Shown: positions 59,801-64,000 of the stretch, in pieces | How positions within the stretch are numbered: the stretch's first letter is position 1 | Layout of the letters: each line of letters starts with the position of its first letter | Assembly: GCA_977018835.1 (NCBI GenBank) | Contig: OZ361257.1 | Span: forward strand, 2,976,001 to 3,040,000 | Origin: Minutocellus sp. GHC0000111 | Lineage: Eukaryota | Reading direction: 5' to 3' | Length of the DNA: 64,000 nt | Notes under the pieces: model-generated | Told to the model about the DNA's origin: nothing | Database searches by the model: none | What the model saw: the letters and a program-made list of their open reading frames with translations, nothing else | Program-made: the position numbers and the translations under genes

Positions 59801-62800
59801 TGTAGATCTAGATCTACGTTATTGATACTCGTTCTTACTGATGCAAATGAGGCTACCTATTCAATTGAATTTGGTTCTAACTTTTCATTGTGACAGATAG
59901 ATTTACATGCAAGCTATGTTTAGCGGGAGACGACGACGACCACCACCACCACCACCCACCCTTTTTTGTGCGCCGTTTGTACGAATCGTAGTCTGTCCGT
60001 CGTCAGTCAACCTAAGAAAATGACGTGTCTCGATGTCCCTCGTCATCCGCGCCACGTCCATGGATGATTCTGACGGCATCGGCAGGCGAACTCCACGCCG
60101 GTCACACCTTCTCTCGACCATCCACAAAACCCCGCAGCTAACCTCTCTGAAACTGCCTGCCGCGACGACACGAGCTGGTGGTTGCAATCGCATCATCAGA
60201 GCGACAAACAGCCCATCGAAGTTGTCGCTGCCTCCGCTCCCCTGCCTTGGTAAGCAGAAAGAGTGGGCTCAAACAAGTCCGTCCAGATGAAATGTTTGCA
60301 AGTGAGAATGAAAAAATGCGGACGATGGGGGCGACACACCGCTGCCGCGGCAGGCATCAGAAGTTCTGGCCCCGAAGAGACTGAGAGAAGCAAATGAAAA
60401 ACGCGCCGATGCAGATCGACATGCAGCCAGCCGCCCCAATGCATGTGTAAAAAGAAGGCAAATATCATCGCCGAGTACTTTGGCATCGTGCTGCTGCAAG
60501 CATCATTGTTCGCATCCCCCACCACACAACACAAAAAATCGATCCGAGCACAAACTTTGGTGGCGGCAAAAGTTTGGATGCTGCCACAACTCCAAGGCGA
60601 GGCCGGGAACGACGACAACGGCAACACAGCAATAACAAGCACATGGTGGAACACTCCAATGCAATTGTCTCATCAGACTCGTCATGCTGCTGGCGCCTCG
60701 AGCCGGAGGAGGCATCCGTCTCATCATTCATCATCGTGGTCCACTTCGCCGATCATGTCTGCAACCGAACCACTATTTCCGGGTTGCATCCACTAGATCT
60801 CGCGAAGTCCAGTCAGCCGCTCGCTCGCTCCGTCTGTTTGTTTTACGTCATGGAAAGTCGGGATTTCTGAGATTGTCGTCATCACTTTTTGATTTTTCTG
60901 GAATTCCCAAGGCCTCAAATGAATGGTCATCGCTTTCTGCCCTGCCTTTTTTCCCCTCGCTCGCCTGTCAACTCAACCTCTCACCATTTTCATACCCGAA
61001 CACCTACACTTCATCGAATCCACATCGAATACAATGAACAACAATAACATGAATCCCTTTGCCTCGCTCCAGTACAGCGATCCAATCCTCCAGCAGTACT
61101 ATCTGACGGTTCAGCAGAGTCTGCTTGCCAAGTCTCTCGAGGGTGACACAACAACGAGCACAAAGGCCTCCAGCACGAACAGCAGCAGCAGAGACTAATT
61201 GAGCGGCGGCAGCATCTGGAAATTCCCCACGCATCAAAAGTTGTCACACCACAAAATTATCAACCCGTCGTCAAAATCGCACGACATGAGACGACTTGGA
61301 GGTGCGATGCTGAGAGAGCCACAGCCTCCCAATCGCTCCAACATTCAAGAAATATTCGCCCAACATATCCAATGAGGCATTGTTGTGGTTGATTGTTGCG
61401 AAAACGCGTTGCATCTTCCCCTCGATCGGCCGCTTCCGGAGAGCAAAGTTTCGTTCGTAGGCGTCGTTTTTTGCGTGATTTTCTCCCCTCGATAACACAT
61501 GATGTGCTGCAAATTTTCTGACCGGACCTTTGATGTCCCCAAACTTCAATACATCTACTTTGGGGACCCGATCGAGGCAGGCTCGCTCGTAGCATTCAAA
61601 ATGCCATAATCAAGGGGAACAAAAGCTGCCCGGTGACCTTCGGCTGTTTTAGTTGAAATTCACATCGGGACCAAAAATCCCGTGGTTTTTGGTAGATGTG
61701 ACACTGAAAAGAAAAGCCTTATGCTTGTCCGAAAATGATCCACCTGAAACTGTGATGCGGCATGCATGCATCTGTCGGACTTCTTGTCTTTGTTTTTGCA
61801 TGTGGACGGACATTCCTACTAAGCACCCTAATCATTAGATGATTTGTGTTGTACCACTTGTTTCTGCGTCGTTACAAGTAGCTAGATCTATGTAGCTCTA
61901 GATCTAGATCTATGTCATCATTGCCGGTCGGTTGTTGACTGACGACGAGCAACAACAACATCAATCCCCCATTTTTTTTATTTTTTTGCTCCCTTTTGTA
62001 GATCTAGATCTACGTTATTGATACTCGTTCTTACTGATGCAAATGAGGCTACCTATTCAATTGAATTTGGTTCTAACTTTTCATTGTGACAGATAGATTT
62101 ACATGCAAGCTATGTTTAGCGGGAGACGACGACGACCACCACCACCACCACCCACCCTTTTTTGTGCGCCGTTTGTACGAATCGTAGTCTGTCCGTCGTC
62201 AGTCAACCTAAGAAAATGACGTGTCTCGATGTCCCTCGTCATCCGCGCCACGTCCATGGATGATTCTGACGGCATCGGCAGGCGAACTCCACGCCGGTCA
62301 CACCTTCTCTCGACCATCCACAAAACCCCGCAGCTAACCTCTCTGAAACTGCCTGCCGCGACGACACGAGCTGGTGGTTGCAATCGCATCATCAGAGCGA
62401 CAAACAGCCCATCGAAGTTGTCGCTGCCTCCGCTCCCCTGCCTTGGTAAGCAGAAAGAGTGGGCTCAAACAAGTCCGTCCAGATGAAATGTTTGCAAGTG
62501 AGAATGAAAAAATGCGGACGATGGGGGCGACACACCGCTGCCGCGGCAGGCATCAGAAGTTCTGGCCCCGAAGAGACTGAGAGAAGCAAATGAAAAACGC
62601 GCCGATGCAGATCGACATGCAGCCAGCCGCCCCAATGCATGTGTAAAAAGAAGGCAAATATCATCGCCGAGTACTTTGGCATCGTGCTGCTGCAAGCATC
62701 ATTGTTCGCATCCCCCACCACACAACACAAAAAATCGATCCGAGCACAAACTTTGGTGGCGGCAAAAGTTTGGATGCTGCCACAACTCCAAGGCGAGGCC

Positions 62801-63390
62801 GGGAACGACGACAACGGCAACACAGCAATAACAAGCACATGGTGGAACACTCCAATGCAATTGTCTCATCAGACTCGTCATGCTGCTGGCGCCTCGAGCC
62901 GGAGGAGGCATCCGTCTCATCATTCATCATCGTGGTCCACTTCGCCGATCATGTCTGCAACCGAACCACTATTTCCGGGTTGCATCCACTAGATCTCGCG
63001 AAGTCCAGTCAGCCGCTCGCTCGCTCCGTCTGTTTGTTTTACGTCATGGAAAGTCGGGATTTCTGAGATTGTCGTCATCACTTTTTGATTTTTCTGGAAT
63101 TCCCAAGGCCTCAAATGAATGGTCATCGCTTTCTGCCCTGCCTTTTTTCCCCTCGCTCGCCTGTCAACTCAACCTCTCACCATTTTCATACCCGAACACC
63201 TACACTTCATCGAATCCACATCGAATACAATGAACAACAATAACATGAATCCCTTTGCCTCGCTCCAGTACAGCGATCCAATCCTCCAGCAGTACTATCT
63301 GACGGTTCAGCAGAGTCTGCTTGCCAAGTCTCTCGAGGGTGACACAACAACGAGCACAAAGGCCTCCAGCACGAACAGCAGCAGCAGAGA
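56803..63390. repeat. Three tandem, apparently identical 2196-bp copies (56803, 58999, 61195) of the HSF upstream region plus the first ~54 codons
   Basis: Identical ORF sets offset by exactly 2196 bp; each unit starts CTAATTGAGCGGCGGCAG and ends AGCAGCAGAGA. Confidence 0.97.
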
Positions 63391-64000
63391 TAGTGCGAGT
63401 GCAGCTCCCGCACCTGGCACAAAGAAGAATCGGGTGGTAAAGATGACCTCCTCCTTTTCGTTGTCGTCTTCTGCCGTCCCCGGCGTCAATGGAACGTCCG
63501 GCATCGCGAATAATGTCACTCCCATTCCCTCATCAGCGTCGTCTGTCACGAGCTACTCGGGGACTGCCAGCGGCAGCACAAGCGGAAGTGGGAGCGAGAG
63601 CGACGTTTCATCCCTCGCCGCCGCGGCCGCCGCCAACGCCAGGACACAGGCGGCGGCCATGGCCGTTGCGGCTCAGGTTGGGGCCCCCGTCTCGGCCGCG
63701 GCGGCCATGTTTGGGGGCAATCGTCAGGTCATGGCAGCCATGGCCATGACGCAGGCTGGTGGTGGGGAAATGAACATGTTCTCGGCCCAGGCCCAGGCAG
63801 CGGCCGCTGGATATAGCGCCCAGAATATGGTCTCGACTCCCCACCACCCTATCCCCGAATTTCTTTACCAGCTCACGAAGATGCTTACCGACGACAACAC
63901 CACCTACATCGAGTGGAAGGAGGGTAGAATTTTCGTGTACGACCCCCCCGGCCTCGCCGACAATGTCCTGCAACGCTACTTCCGCCACTCCAAGTATGCA
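63230..64000 (+). CDS. Heat-shock-factor (HSF) family transcription factor, 3'-truncated by the window edge
   Basis: Open frame from MNNNNMNPF to [50 protein letters not shown], the start of an HSF DNA-binding domain. Confidence 0.9.
   Translation, partial: MNNNNMNPFASLQYSDPILQQYYLTVQQSLLAKSLEGDTTTSTKASSTNSSSRDSASAAPAPGTKKNRVVKMTSSFSLSSSAVPGVNGTSGIANNVTPIPSSASSVTSYSGTASGSTSGSGSESDVSSLAAAAAANARTQAAAMAVAAQVGAPVSAAAAMFGGNRQVMAAMAMTQAGGGEMNMFSAQAQAAAAGYSAQNMVSTPHHPIPEFLYQLTKMLTDDNTTYIEWKEGRIFVYDPPGLADNVLQRYFRHSKYA

Overview
This is eukaryotic nuclear DNA, almost certainly from a diatom (stramenopile 18S/28S rDNA, plastid-targeted bipartite leaders, short GT-AG introns). The first ~17.5 kb is a dense gene block: Ycf48/HCF136, a TRIC-like channel, a UBA/U-box gene, a LON-N protein, DUF2252, condensin CAP-H2, a FAM172A/Arb2-like protein, a rubredoxin-like protein, a DEAD-box helicase and PAC3. 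Several of these carry stops or frameshifts. A single minus-strand rDNA unit with spacer repeats follows. Its 18S gene is split by a 4 kb insertion encoding a pogo-like DD35D transposase; the insertion lacks TIRs, has palindromic ends and is flanked by a ~45-bp duplication. The 5' 18S piece is heavily hypermutated at TpA. Next come a multiply disabled PRP8 copy, a Tc1/mariner-type MITE and three paralogous 2OG-oxygenase-ankyrin genes. Between two of those paralogues sits a 5.76 kb TIR element with no recognisable transposase whose cargo is a Tudor + TET/JBP-like dioxygenase, a second Tudor-like protein and an RS-rich Ulp1/SENP protease, a candidate anti-silencing cassette. The window ends with a sterol-desaturase-like gene and an apparently exact 3 x 2196-bp tandem amplification of the promoter and 5' end of an HSF transcription factor. 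All family assignments come from motif recognition by eye; no searches were run.
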